Assembly: GCF_006345805.1 (NCBI RefSeq)
Contig: NC_043001.1
Coordinates: forward strand, 72,230,001 to 72,294,000
Reading direction: 5' to 3'
Source: Octopus sinensis
Lineage: Eukaryota
Length of the DNA stretch: 64,000 nucleotides
The position numbers and the translations under genes were made by a program. Each line of letters starts with the position of its first letter. Position 1 is the stretch's first letter. A model generated the notes under the pieces. It was not told the origin of the DNA and did no database searches. It worked only from the letters and a program-made list of their open reading frames with translations. Below, piece by piece: positions 46,048 through 59,332 of this stretch.

Positions 46048-49000
46048 GGAGAAAAAAGACAGAAGCAAAGAGAGAATTGCAGTAGTCTTACCTGTCGATC
46101 TGGAAGGGTCACTCACAACGTCCATGTGCTCTGTCTGCCACCACACCTTCTGATGCGTCCGCTCTTGTACACTGTCCACCACCAACTGACTACTTGCGCC
46201 TCAGCAACCCCGCATACTCCCTCACTTCTGGTCCTTCCCTATGACACAGCCTGGCTCCTAACACCACACGGCCCCCTGATCTGAAGATCATTCAACCAAC
46301 CTGTCCACACCCACTCCTCAACCCTGACCACATGCCTTAACTTGTCTCGTAATCAGCCAACCAGTGAGGAGGGCTCCCTCTGTGACCACCATGGGACTTC
46401 AGGACTGGCTTCCGTTCCTGGCATGTTGCTTCCGGCTTCATCCTCTTGTCCATTACTGTTGGCTCCATCCTCCATCTCTGTGATGATCCTGCATACATCT
46501 AAAGCATGAAGTGGCATGCCATATACGGATTTACAGAGGTTATTGTCCCTTTTCCCCATTGTGATGTGCACCGTGCATTTGGGGGTTTAACCCAGACTTC
46601 TTTCCCGACCTGCACAAAGGCATGCTCTTTCTCTTCTGTGGGTTATGGCGATGTGGTATATGGATATCTCCACTCGTACTTGAATATTGCCCTGTGTGAC
46701 TCTAACTCTTCATCCTGTCCCAACCTGGGCAACATATCATACCAAAAAGTGACCTCGACTGGTGAAATGTGACCCCTCTCTGCTATGGTTTTGATGGTGC
46801 AATGATGCCTCTCCACAACCCCATTGCCACCTGGCCTGTATGCTGCCCTGAAGAAACGGCTAACATGCCACTTGTCGAGCATTTCTCCCAGCACCTCCGA
46901 GCAAAATGCAGTGCCATTGTCCACAAGCAACTCATCCATGAGACCTCATTCTAGGAATGTTTCATTTAGTATTCTTGTGATTTCTTCCATGGTCCCTGTC
47001 TTCATCTCCCTCCATATGGCCAACCACCCTGGTCTCCTGTCAACCATGTCCCCTGCCAGTAGTGCGTCACGTCCACTGCCAGTCATTTCCAGTTGTATTC
47101 TACTGGAATGCTTCATGCCTCATACACACCCGGAGCGAGGTCAATGGACTGGCACCTGTCGCAGATCCCAACTACTCTCTGCACACCCTGCCTGGTCACG
47201 TCAGAGTTAACTTTCCTGGTTAGGAACAGAGTCCTGTCCACTCCCATGTGATGCATGGCATGCAGTCTCCTCAGCTCCAAGTCACTCAGTCGACACACTA
47301 GTCACTCTTTGCTCCAGATCCTCTGGCACCTGCAACCAGGCTTTCTTTACTCTGGTCAGGACATCTGCTCTATTCCTCTCAAATGGCACAAAAACCACAC
47401 TCAGCCTGAGGTCAAACTTGGCAGCTAGCTTGCCCAGAATTCCCAAATGGCGTCTTATCCGCATCTCTGCACCCCCTTTGGTTTGCACCCTCCACTTGCC
47501 GGTGACCACTGATCCCACCCATCTAAGTACAGTGGCCAATTCAGTCCGGATCTCGATGGTACACAGCCCCCACCTCAGGGCCAGGTTCAGCCCCTTCAAC
47601 ATGGCATCCAGCCCCACCAGTTGATGTGGTTGCAGTTGTCCTTCTTCCTGAGCCAGGCCGCATCCTCCACCACGACACCTCCAATTTCCAGGACAACTCC
47701 CATTGCTATGTTGCTGGCATCACACCACATGATCCCATTCTTCAATTTGGGCACATACCAGTTTCCTCTTACTGGGTCCTCCACAGTCACTCTTTCCAAG
47801 ATTTCTTGCATCACGGCAGTTGTCTTCTCGCCCACATTGTCACTCCACCTCACTCCTTCAGTTCACCTTTCCCAGGATGGTTTTGGGAATCATTGCCATA
47901 ATCTTCGGTGCTGAATTTAGCCCGAATACCAACCTGGTTAGGCAGTATGATCGACCCTTATACCTCACTAACTGATATTTCCCCAGTCTCTCAGCCACAT
48001 GCAGCTGCAGGTATACTGACTTCAAATCGACGATTGTGGAGGTCCCCGTCATCTGCCTTCATTCTCTCAAGGTTTCGCTGCAAATGTCCGTGACTCCACC
48101 ATCTGTATAACACAATACGTGATTGTTTAGCTTGCGGAAATTTAATACTAGCCTGACTTTATGCTTCATCGGCTGCACCACTGCCATCAGTGGTAGCACT
48201 CCGCTCTCCACTTCCTCCTTCAAAGGGATCAGAATGCTTTCCTTGATCCACCTCTCCCTCGAACCCGCTTCTGGCATCCCCTTTCAGTGTATGAGGATAG
48301 CAGCCTACTGCATTTTTCAACGTTGGAGTACCATTCCACTGTCCACTGCCGGCCATTGATCACAAAAATCCTTGTCTGTAATGGTGTGTGCAGCATATTT
48401 TCTTCACATCTCTCACCACAGACTCATGATGCATAGCATCCCCACATTGCCAAACATTACACTGGCTTCATTGACCATGACACCTCCCAAACAGACAATG
48501 GGGTCCTTCCCATCACCACATTGATTCCTTTCACCACGCAGTCAATCACGATCGCGCGCAATCTCAATCTCGTTCCTCGTACCACCATCTCCACATCACT
48601 ACTTCCTCTGCATTCAACTTCTGTACCGTCTACAGCCCTTACACTATTCACTCCACTCCATTCTTCCATCACCTCTGGAGTCAGTAGGGTTGTTGAACAG
48701 CCTATGTCCGCGAGGGCTCGTGACACCTTTCCGTTCACCACATCTATTACTGGCAATGACCATATACACGCCTCTATTCTTTCGACGGGACGACTACCGG
48801 CACAGTAGTCTCCCTTAGACCGTTTCCCTGAACGCAGTCACTAGCGATGTGGCCTGTTTGTCTGCATCGATAGCCAATTACTCCAGGCCTGGGTTCCTTG
48901 CAGTCTCTCACCATGTGCGAACCGTGACACCGAAAATACTGCCCTTTGAAGGGTCACACACATTCCTTGTTCAACCCCTCTCTGCCGCTCTTTGTTTGAC

Positions 49001-49893
49001 TCCTCCTCGTTGTTGCAGTTGCTGCTAAAGGTGTTGTCCTGCAACATGGAATGATGACTCTGGCCCGAGATATTACCTCTCCCATCGCCATGGAGTGAAT
49101 ATTCAGCAGCTTTTGCAGTTTGACTGACACGTGGTCAGAAAATCCTGTCACAAATGCTAATTTAACTGTTTGTTCCAATGTGTCATCCCTGTATCCCCGT
49201 AAGTCTGGCCAATCACCTGATTTCATTGGCAAACATTGACCTGTTCACCTATCCACTTTGCTTTCCCCAGTCAGCCATATGCCATAAATGGCCCTTCTGT
49301 AAAAGCCTTTATCAGCTGGACTTCTATTTTTTCTGCGCTTAACTGGTTCTTCTCCTCCATTTCCAGGTATAGCGCCAATGCCGATCCATCAAGGCACAAC
49401 AGTATGAAACTTGCTAGGTCATTTATACTGTGGAGTCATGCTACCAGCTTAATTTTTTTGCAACCAAGTAGTGAAGTCTCCCTCGCTGCAAAATGGCTTA
49501 ACTGTCCCATTCGAAACACAGACCATACCCATCATTTTTTTTTTTTTTAGCCAAAATAGCTTGTGATGTGAAGGAGGAAAAAGACAGAAGCAAAGAGTGA
49601 ATTGTGGTAGTCTTACCTGTTGATCTAGAAGGGTCACTCACAACGTCCACTTGTTCTGTCTTGAGATCTGGAAGGGCCACTCACAATATCCATGTGCTCT
49701 GTCTTCCGCTGTACCATCTAACGCATCTACTCTCATATGCTGTCCACCGCCAACTGACCACTCGCACTTCGCCAACCATGCATACTCACCATGGCCCTTC
49801 CGGTGGGACCCACAGGTCCCACTTCTGACAGGACATGCATACCTCCTCACTTCCATTCCTTCCCTACAACACAGCCTGGCTCATAACACCACA
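46048..49893 (-). mobile_element. Ty3/Gypsy LTR retrotransposon, decayed and internally deleted
   Basis: Domain order is gag, protease (ALADIGCS), RT (VRLVLNFRKLN; VDLKSVYLQ; FGLNSAPKIM), RNase H (WCDAS...ADVLTR) and integrase (H..HH...C..C; LLVDNG...YRPGGNGVVER). Direct LTRs at about 46048-46268 and 49573-49893 both start TGTGGTGTTA. A purine tract AGGGGGCC precedes the 3' LTR. Confidence 0.95.
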
Positions 49894-50594
49894 GTTATCA
49901 CAAACCTTCTCCACAAAACTATATAATAAATTTAAAGGTGAAATACATGGTCTGAGTGAAGGCAAATCATTCGTGATTAGTAAACATTTTGAAATATTAG
50001 GAATTCCCACACCTTATACTGTTTAATGCTGAAAAAGGTCACATGCATCAAGCTGTAGAAACCTTGCCAATACAGACAGTCAGAGCCTGATGCAGCCCTC
50101 CACCTGGCCAGATCCTGTCACACCATCCAACCCATGCCAGTATTGAAAACTGATGTTAAATGATGATATATATATGTAATTAATATAATTGTTGGGTATG
50201 GCTAGTCAAAGAGTTACCATTGGTTTTGCACCTATAATGCTCTTAGCAATATAGGCAACCATTAGACCTGCAGGCTGGGTGCACATAACCTCTTTACTTC
50301 TGGAGATAAGAAAACAGTCTTGGTCAGTCAGGATTGCAGGAAAAAAAAACGAAACAAAATTCTACTGAGTTATCTCCCTTTGACCAGTTCTAGTTGTGTC
50401 CAGAAATGATCAGTAGTATATGCACGATATCCATTCACTAGTTAGACATTATATATTTCCAATGCAAATTTCCTCTCATGAGGGTACCAGCTAAACATTT
50501 CACTCTTGGAACAACAATTCACTTCTTTGAGATTCTAAAAGAGGACCCATGGTTGTTTAGATGTTGCTTAGAGGGGGCCTTGTATAGGTATGCC

Positions 50595-50648
<54 letters not shown>

Positions 50649-51878
50649 CATACCTTCACAAATGTACCCACCGCCAACCTATTTTTCAGAGCGTGTAGAT
50701 TACGATTATATCATTATTTAATATGAAAGAAATTTGGTGGGCATGCACACATACATACTGACACACATCACATATTTTCTTTTTATCTTTTACTTATTTC
50801 AGTCATTAGATTGCAATCATACTGGGGCAACGCCTTGAAGAATTTTCAGTCAAATAAATTGAACTTATTAATTTTTTAAGGCCTAGTACTTGTTCTATCA
50901 TTCTCTTTAATGAAACTGCTAAGTTATGGCAATATAAACACATTAACACTGGTTATCAAGTAGTGGTAGGGTCAAACACTGACACAAAGGTGTACACACA
51001 CACACACACCACACCACACACAAACACACAGACATATATTTTTATATGACAAGCTTCTTTCAGTTTCCATCAACCAAATCCACTCACAAGGCTTTCGTCA
51101 GCCTGAGGCTAAGGTAGAAGACACTTACTCAATGTGTCATGCAGTGGGACTGAACCCAGAAACTAGAAATTTGGAAAAAGTTGTGGCAGTATGTATGTGC
51201 ATGTGCTCACCATTTTTATTTTCTCATATCAAATTCTGATATAATTCTAATCTACTCCATCTGAAAGTATTTGTAGAAAATTTGATTAAAAAGACCCGTT
51301 TTTCTGAAAGTTATGAGCTGACTCATGTAAGTTTTCTGAAACTTCTCTTCCCACCACTGGAAAAAATTTTGCACAACAAATTCCAATATAATTGGAATCT
51401 ACATTATCTGAGGTGTATTTATAGCAAGTTTCATCAAAAGATATCCATTTTTCTGATAGTTACCAGGAAACAAACTTGGCAGGGGACATTTGTGTATGTA
51501 TGCCTACACATATTATATATGTGTGTGTGTGTGTATATATGCATATATATATATATATATGATGGACTCTTCTGTTGAAAACAGGACACGTATGAGCGCT
51601 AAGCTTTTGTTGAACAACTTGCATAAATGATTTGTTTATAGTGATCAGAGGTTCGTGCTGCACATTAGTTCAATCTTACCATCAAATGAACGTTGTCTGA
51701 ACTGGTGCATGATGTACCATGTGTCAGGTGTCAAAGTGATTGCAGAGCAATATGAGATGAAATCTTTTGCTCAAGAACCTATCGCACCACCTGGTCTAGG
51801 AATTGAAATCCTGATTTAGTGATTGTGAGTACAACACACTAACCACTAAACTGTACACCCTCACACACACACACACAC

Positions 51879-53142
51879 ATTAGATAATCCCATAAATAAT
51901 GCAGTTATTTTATACTTCTTTTATTTTTCAAAATTAAGATAAACAAATTTCCTTTTTAATCTAAAATATACTCATTTTCTACAATGCTCTTCCATCTTCC
52001 AAAATTGACTTGTCCATAACAAAAAAAAAAAAACCTCCACTACTGTTCTGACCTCATCTACAGAATTCATATTTTTTCTGTCCAAATGATTTTGAAGACT
52101 GCGAAATAAATGATAATCAGATGGGGCAATATCCAGGGAAAATGGTAGGTGTAGCATAGTTTTCCATTGAAACTGCTCCGGCCTTTGGAATGTCATCCTT
52201 GCTATATGTGGCCAAGTGCTATTCTGATGGAAGAAAATCTTTCATCTTGAAACCAAAGGTGGTCATTTTTTCTTGTAGCGCTGACTTCAGCCATTCAACC
52301 TGCTTGCAGTAGATCTTTGTTTTCATTTGGTTTGGGTTTTAAAGTTCAAAGTGGACTAAACCTTTCATATCCCACCAAACAGATAACAACACCTTAAGTG
52401 GGTGAAGACCTTCTTTAGCCTGAGGTGCTGGTGTTTCTCCTTCCCCTTCCCACTGTCTTCAGCACTTGACATTTTTATAGAAAATCCATTTCTCATCACC
52501 AGTCATTATTCAGTCCAAAAAAAGGTTAATTTGTGACACATGACAACAAAGAAGAGCACACATTCACTCTCCACATGTGATTAGACTCAGAAAGTTTGTG
52601 AGGAACCCAGTGATCCAATTTGCTGATATTTGCAATGGCATGTAGGTGTTAATGAATTGTTGAATGACCAAATCCAGGCTTCTCTGCTAGTTCTTCAATA
52701 GTTACAATGAGATTTTGTTCCACCAGGGTTTGCAGGATGTCCTCATCAAGCTCTACAAATCTTCCAGGATGAGATTTGTTTTCTGAGCTGTAGTTTTTGG
52801 CTCAGAATTTCTGGAACCACTGCTGACACTGGCTTACACTTATTGTCTGATCCCTATATACTGCATTAAGATTCCTTGCACTTTCCGTTGTGCCGTTGCT
52901 TTTATTGAACTCATAAAGCGAAATATGCCAAATATACTACTTTGTCACTTCCATTATAGGTTTGAAAAAATAACTGTTAAAATCAAATTGCACTCTTCAA
53001 AACTTGTACTAAGAATAAGTACAAGGTAAAATTACTATCTGCTTTTATAGCAAGTTGATGCAGGTAGTTTATCCCATCCCCTTCCGACTTTTAGTTCATG
53101 CAATTGAAAAAAAAACTTCATTATTTATGGGATGACCCAATA
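51879..53142 (-). mobile_element. Full-length (about 1.26 kb) fossil mariner with TIRs
   Basis: TIRs (t)agataatcccataaataatg / cattatttatgggatgacccaata. C-terminus LHLPFSLDIAPSDYHLFRSLQNHL (from HPPYSPDLAPSD). The N-terminus matches 1300-1890. Confidence 0.93.
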
Positions 53143-53227
53143 TAACCAGTGGGGTAGCTGAACAATGCAAAGTGTACTGTGACTGGCAGCATATCACAAC
53201 ATCAGACAGAGTAGTTGATACTGTGTT

Positions 53228-53273
<46 letters not shown>

Positions 53274-53989
53274 TCATCATCATCATCATTTACCGTCCGT
53301 TTTCCATGCTAGCATGTGTTGGACGGTTTAACTGGGGTCTGTGAAGCCGGAAGGTTTCATCAGGCCCAGTCAGATTTGGCAGTGTTTCTACGGCTGGATG
53401 CCCTTCCTAACGCCAATATATATATGTATATATATATATATTATATATATATATCTATTTATGTATATACATACACACACATACATCCAAACACACACAT
53501 ATTTATGTATATCTCAGTTAATCTATATGTGTGTCTACAAACATATGGATTTACACATTTCAGAATCAGATTATTTTAACATTGGCACCATATTTTGATG
53601 ATCTATTTTTTTTTAATAGAAAAATACTGCTTTTGTCATCATTTGATGATCATCCTTAACATCCAAACCATCAACAACAATTTTGAAAAACTTCAGAAAT
53701 ACTGTCACAATGAAGATGACATTTGTCATTATTTGTCAATTATTTTGCATTTTCACTCAGTTTATTTTAGTATTGCATTGCTCTTTTATTTATTACTATT
53801 TATTTTTAAAAAAAGTTAATAGGATATTTTTTATTTATTATATAATTTTTTTAGAATTATAATTCATCCTATTATAATAATTTTAATTTTTTACAGAATA
53901 TAGTCATAGCTAATTCTATGATTTTTCTCCATAATGTCTGTGTTTTTTATTGTGTGCATTTTTTCTTTGGATTTTATATAATTTTTAAA

Positions 53990-56900
53990 TTAATGTTATG
54001 GTCTTTGAAAACAGATGTAATATTATTTATGATGAGAATTATATTTCTAACTATAACAGAAAATTTTTGACATTCAATGAGTTAAATATACAGGCAGGCT
54101 TTTATAAATTAACACCCAGTAAGCACTCATTTTTTAATAATAAATATTGCTTGCATTCTTTAATTTTAATGCTTCTTATTATTGTGGTGGGATGTAAGTG
54201 AAACCAGAGTCTGGGGATGATAAAGAAAATAAGGAAGGTAATGAAAAAATAAAGAAGAAATGAAGAGAAACAAACATGCTGAAGTTCGAGAAAGATATAG
54301 AATTAAAAAAATAGAAAATACAAAAACAACTAATACAAAAAGGCAAGAAAGATACAGAGAAAAAAACTAAAATAATGAAGATTACAAACAAAGAAATGTA
54401 AAATACAAAAGAAGTGCCTAAGAAAAAAGAAAAAGAAAAGAACAAAACAAATATATGCAAAATGGCAAAAAAAGTAAATTTAAAAAGCAAAAGGTTATTT
54501 ATCAGTCAAATTCTAAAAATAAAAGACAAGTAATTGCAGAACAGAGGATTAAAAAATACAAGAAAAATCTGGTTACAATATCTAAGAAAAAATTTTTTGT
54601 TAGAAAAATGGATTAAACAAATTTTGTAATATTTTATTCAAAAAGTCATTATTTTACACAAACTTACTAAATCTTAATTATTTTATAAAAGGAAATATAG
54701 AAGAAATTCTAAAAAAGGACAAAATAGAATAACTAAAATGTACATTTCTTCTTTGGGCATTAGAAATCTTACACTCAAAGAAAGAAAAAATACTGCAGTA
54801 ATTGTTTATAATTTTGTGAAAAATGTTGAAATGGATGGCTTATTGGCTCTTTATTGGGGACAAAATTTGTACCATACTTTTACTAATGAATGTTATTTAT
54901 TCCCAAGAAATGTTGTTGAATATGTGCCATTGAATGTTTGCAAAATTATTCCATCTGATAATGAAGAAAATCTGTGCCAGTTAATGAACAAAATCAAGGA
55001 AAAGGAGATCAAGAAAATGAAGAGTTTGATGATTTTGTTGGAAATCTAGGATGTCTTTGTGATTTGAAGATGGGTATCCTGATAAAAAAAACTCAACTTT
55101 TTTAAACAAGGTACCTTCATTAAGCTATTCAAGGAATTTCATCAGACTTGACTGTTTTGGAAATTAGAAAAAATTGGAAGAATGCATTGGCATTCATAGT
55201 GACGGTTTGTATTGTCTTGGCCAATCTGATTACACTAACAGACTTGAACTTCTTAGAAGATTGGCACCACACATATCAAGACTCAGAACTCTTCTGACTA
55301 ATGTGCACAGATTGAGAGCTGTCTGCATTTGGTGGCATCTGTATGACATTGCTATTCTGGAAGGTAATTGGCCTATGTTTAAAAAGCTGATGAACAAAAC
55401 CACTCTTGCTGTCAATAGCTGTAACATAATTGAGGAACTATAAGAAAAAGAACATCATTCAGAAATAGAAGTTGTCAATTAATTTTCACCTCAAGTAAAA
55501 AACTTTAACAAAGAAATGCAGAAAATGAAAGTTGATGCTTGTGAAATTTACAAACAAAGAGAATATGATGTTCAAATAAAAGTTTGGAACGAGTTTGGAT
55601 GAAAATGTGAAAGAAGATATCAAAGAATATTATACTTTGTGCTGTGGAGTATGTGATTTTTGTGGTGCAAATTTAACAAAAAGGAAAAATTCCTTTATAC
55701 ATATCAATGACTGGCTTAGAGGTGACAAAGATACCTGAAAAATTGGATATGCTTTATAAATGTGATAAAACTTGTGTCTCAAAAATTCAAAGAACCATCA
55801 TCAGATATGCTATCTGCTATAAAAGGCACAGCAACTCACTTATTCCAATGGAAAATACTATTCATCATGTTATGGACACATTACCATCAAAAGGTCACAA
55901 TCCTTTGCAAATTATGATTAGGTGCTGAAAAGTTCTTGGCTTTGATTTTTAAAAAAATGCAGGATGATCAGTTCTTTATGATTTTATTCAACATATTCCC
56001 CTCTTAGATTCACACACTTATTGCTGTATTCCTTCCATTTTTCTAAGCTCTGTAAAAGAACTTGGAAGGTGGTTCTTCCAACCAGGCTTTGGAAGTCTTT
56101 GCTCAACATGCAAAATGTAACCAATGCACTTAAATGGTTAAAATAAAATAATGAGTTATATAAAATTGTTGAAATCACATGATCACAATGACATTGCAAT
56201 TTGCACTGCAAAAAATAGTTTGCTAGAGTCTGAATATTTGTTGTCTCATTTGGCTAAAGAAGCTACTGAAACCATTTATGAGCATCATACTGTCCAAAAA
56301 ATGTAAACCCCACCCCCATTAGCAAATGAAAAAGATATTGAAATTTACAAACTGAAAAAAATTGAAGGAGATTTACTGAAATCTAGATTTAATGTGCTTT
56401 CCAATTTTGTTTCCTAAAGGAAAATTTGGATTGCATTACAACAAACCATATAAAAAAGTCCATCTTACATGTTTATTAGAAATAGAATTCACCACGCTGA
56501 TCCAAGGTTTAGAAGAAATATTCAATATTTATTTTATCTCGTTGACAAAGCTGACAAAAAAGTATTAGATTCTGGCACGTTTGTTTTGATGAAGTCAATA
56601 ATGTGTAGCTAATGACATTAGCTGAATTTAATCAAAGAATTCAAAATAATGATAAAGAACTTGAAAGAAATCTTTCAATGATGATGGCAAATGTGGGCAG
56701 TTCCAAGCAATTTTGGAATAGAAAAGTATCTGATTTGCATGCTATGAATGAAAAATTTGACCCAACAACATTTTTTTATTACTTTGTCTTGTGCTGAATA
56801 TTTGTGGCCAGACTTGAGAGAAATTTTGGAAAAATTGAACAGTGATATTGAAAATGTTGAAACTGTCAAAACAAGCATTTTGTGTGTAAATGATGTTGCT

Positions 56901-57060
56901 GCTGTTAGTGAGCATTTTTATCACCAATTATAAACCATAATGAATGTAGTGTTTTGGCCAAAAAATAATCCAATCTATGGTAACATCACACATTATTTTT
57001 AGAGGATAGAATATCAATAAAATTTAGGTGGATTATTTATGACAAAGATTCACCAGAAAA
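53990..57060 (+). pseudogene. Decayed Helitron (Helitron2/Helentron-like) Rep ORF, truncated before the HUH motif
   Basis: Lys/Glu-rich N-terminus, then Cys clusters (CCGVCDFC; CDKTC), HHADPRFRRNIQYLFY, LERNLSMMMANVGSSKQFW, TTFFITLSCAEYLWPDL, DVAAVSEHF and RIEYQ* at 57003. There are many stops and frameshifts. The start is approximate. Confidence 0.85.
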
Positions 57061-57225
57061 AATTCAAAAATTTATTGGAAGAATAGATCAATTTCAACTT
57101 CTGGTCAGCAATTTACGTACCAGCAACTGCTACTAAATTTATTGACCTCAAAAGGATGAAGCACAAAGTTGACCGTTGCAGAATTTGAACTCAGAATGTT
57201 GAGATGGACAAAATGTCGCTAAGCA

Positions 57226-57465
57226 TTCTTCTTCTTCTTCTTCTTCTTCCCCTTCTTCTTCTTCTTCTTCTTCTTCTTCTTCTTCTTCTTCTTCTTCTTC
57301 TTCTTCTTCTTCTTCTTCTTCTTCTTCTTCTTCTTCTTCTTCTTCTTCTTCTTCTTCTTCTTCTTCTTCTTTCTTCTTCTTCTCTTCTTCTTCTTCTCTT
57401 CTTCTTTCTCTTCTTCTTCTTCTTCTTCTTCTTCTTCTTCTTCTTCTTCCTCCTCCTCCTCCTCC
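57226..57465. repeat. (TTC)n/(GAA)n trinucleotide tract, about 75 units, ending in (TCC)n
   Basis: Direct inspection; few interruptions. Confidence 0.99.
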
Positions 57466-57787
57466 AAAATTTAATTGCTTTCCATACTTACAATTGAAAA
57501 CATCTCATTGACTGAAATGTTTTTTATAAAATTATTTTAGCATTTTCTACCTTGATTTTTTTTCTATATATATCAATTCATGTGTTCCTTTTCAACCTTC
57601 TACATATATATATACACACACACACATTTCACTTATATTTATATTTCTACTATTAGGACTAATCGCCTTTTAGATAAACTCTTTTTTTATATACGTCTGT
57701 ATTGATTTACTCACTTGTAATGTTTTTCCCTATATATATATAAGCACAAATGTAATTCTTTTCCCATATAAATTGCACTTGATGTTC

Positions 57788-57870
57788 TAGGGTCTGATGA
57801 AGCTATAAGGTGTTATTCAGGCACTGAACTATGAATCCACTGCATCTTATTGCAGAAACAGCTGTAAGCA
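57788..57870 (+). ncRNA. Type I hammerhead-like motif with canonical core, long stem II and decayed stem I
   Basis: CTGATGA at 57794-57800, stem II gctataaggtg.../...catcttattgc, GAAA at 57855, palindromic stem III ACAGCTGT and GUA at 57864-57866. Confidence 0.6.
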
Positions 57871-58729
57871 AATGAAGCTCATAACATAATTATTTTTTCC
57901 TTTGTCATCTCATTTTCTTACACACACACACACACGTTCTGTCTCAAAGACAAGAGTGTAGGTTATAATTTTGCAATCCTGCATTATCTTGCAGCTTCGA
58001 GATTTCGATGATGTGATTATATATTTTTTTAGACTAACATTGTAGGGTAAGCATGAGAGGCTGGATATTGCCAGGTTAAACATAAAACAGGAAGAATATT
58101 TTGGCTGGATATGGCTTGTTTAAATACTTAGGGGTTAAAAGTACATTAGTTGAAGTATTTTATCACCATAGTTATAATGTTTTTGCTAAAATCAAAGCAA
58201 ACAGGAAAATGCAGTATATTTTAGTATAATATAAATTATTGCATTTATTTATTTATTTTGTACTGAATTTAACAATTTGTCTTTTTAGAATAATGTTTAT
58301 TTAAAGCTTTATATATTTGTCGTTATTTTCGACTCAGATTGCCAAATCTCTCAAAGCAAACTTATGTCACGACTCACTGTTGACTGTTAGCCACTGTTCT
58401 GTTTAGATATAGTTTACTGAAAAGATTAAATTGTAATCATATCTCCTCCCTGTAGTGAATTCTAGATAAACTGAATTTCTGATCTGAATTCCTGTCAGGT
58501 TGGCACTTGTTTATGTTATCAATGTTATTTTTAGAGAATAGTTTTCTAAAAAGTCAGGATTTAATGAAACATCTAGAATGATGGTAATTATATTAGGGTA
58601 GGACATGTTTTAATTAGGAATTTTCTTTCTTAATCCCAATTTATTGTGGTTAGTCTTGACTACTTTAGTAAAAATAGTGTGTAGACTTTTTCTCTTCTTA
58701 ATATTATAATTAAATAGATAACAAGCAGG

Positions 58730-59300
58730 CAAAATGCCTAGTAGCATTTCATCCATCTTTACATTCTGAGTTCAAATTCCTTTCATACTTTTGGAGTCAA
58801 TGAAAGTACCAGTTGAGCACTGGGGCTGATTTAATCGACTTAGTCCCTTCTCCAAACAGGTGGCAAGCTGGCTGAATTATTAGCACACTGGAAAATACGT
58901 ACTGCATTTTGTTCATGTTTATATCTGGATTTCAAATTCTGCTGGGATCATTCGGAGGGGGTCAATAAAATAAGTACTAGTTGAGCACTGGGGTTGATGT
59001 AATTGGCTCACTCCCTTCCCTGAAATTGCTGGCATTGTGCCAAAATTTGAAACCAATATTATAATTAAATAGGTGGTGAGCTGGCATAATTATTAACACA
59101 GTGGGGGAAATGCCTAGTGCATTTCATTCATTTTTACATTCTGAAGTCAAATTTTGCTGGGGTTGACTTCGTCTTTCATCCTTTCAGAAGGGTCAATAAA
59201 ATAGGTACTGGCTGAGCACAGGGGTCGATTTAATTGATTTAGTTTCGTCCCTGAAATTGCTGGCCTTGTGCTAAAATTTGAAACCAATATTGTAATTAAA
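58730..59300 (+). mobile_element. Three head-to-tail copies of the Deu/Nin-like SINE
   Basis: Recurring 'ttacattctgagttcaaat...aagtac..gttgagcactgggg..gat..aat'. Two copies end gaaattgctggc.ttgtg..aaaatttgaaaccaatatt. Confidence 0.75.
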
Positions 59301-59332
59301 TAATGTTGTTTGATGAAAAGTCATGTAATAAA

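Noticed and set aside
54170-54220. Possible 2A-like (GDVExNPGP) peptide at the Helitron ORF start
   Set aside because: It needs several assumed indels, and NPGP is not present in any frame.
57204-57497. Poly-Leu (+) and poly-Glu/Lys (-) ORFs
   Set aside because: Artefacts of the (TTC)n tract.
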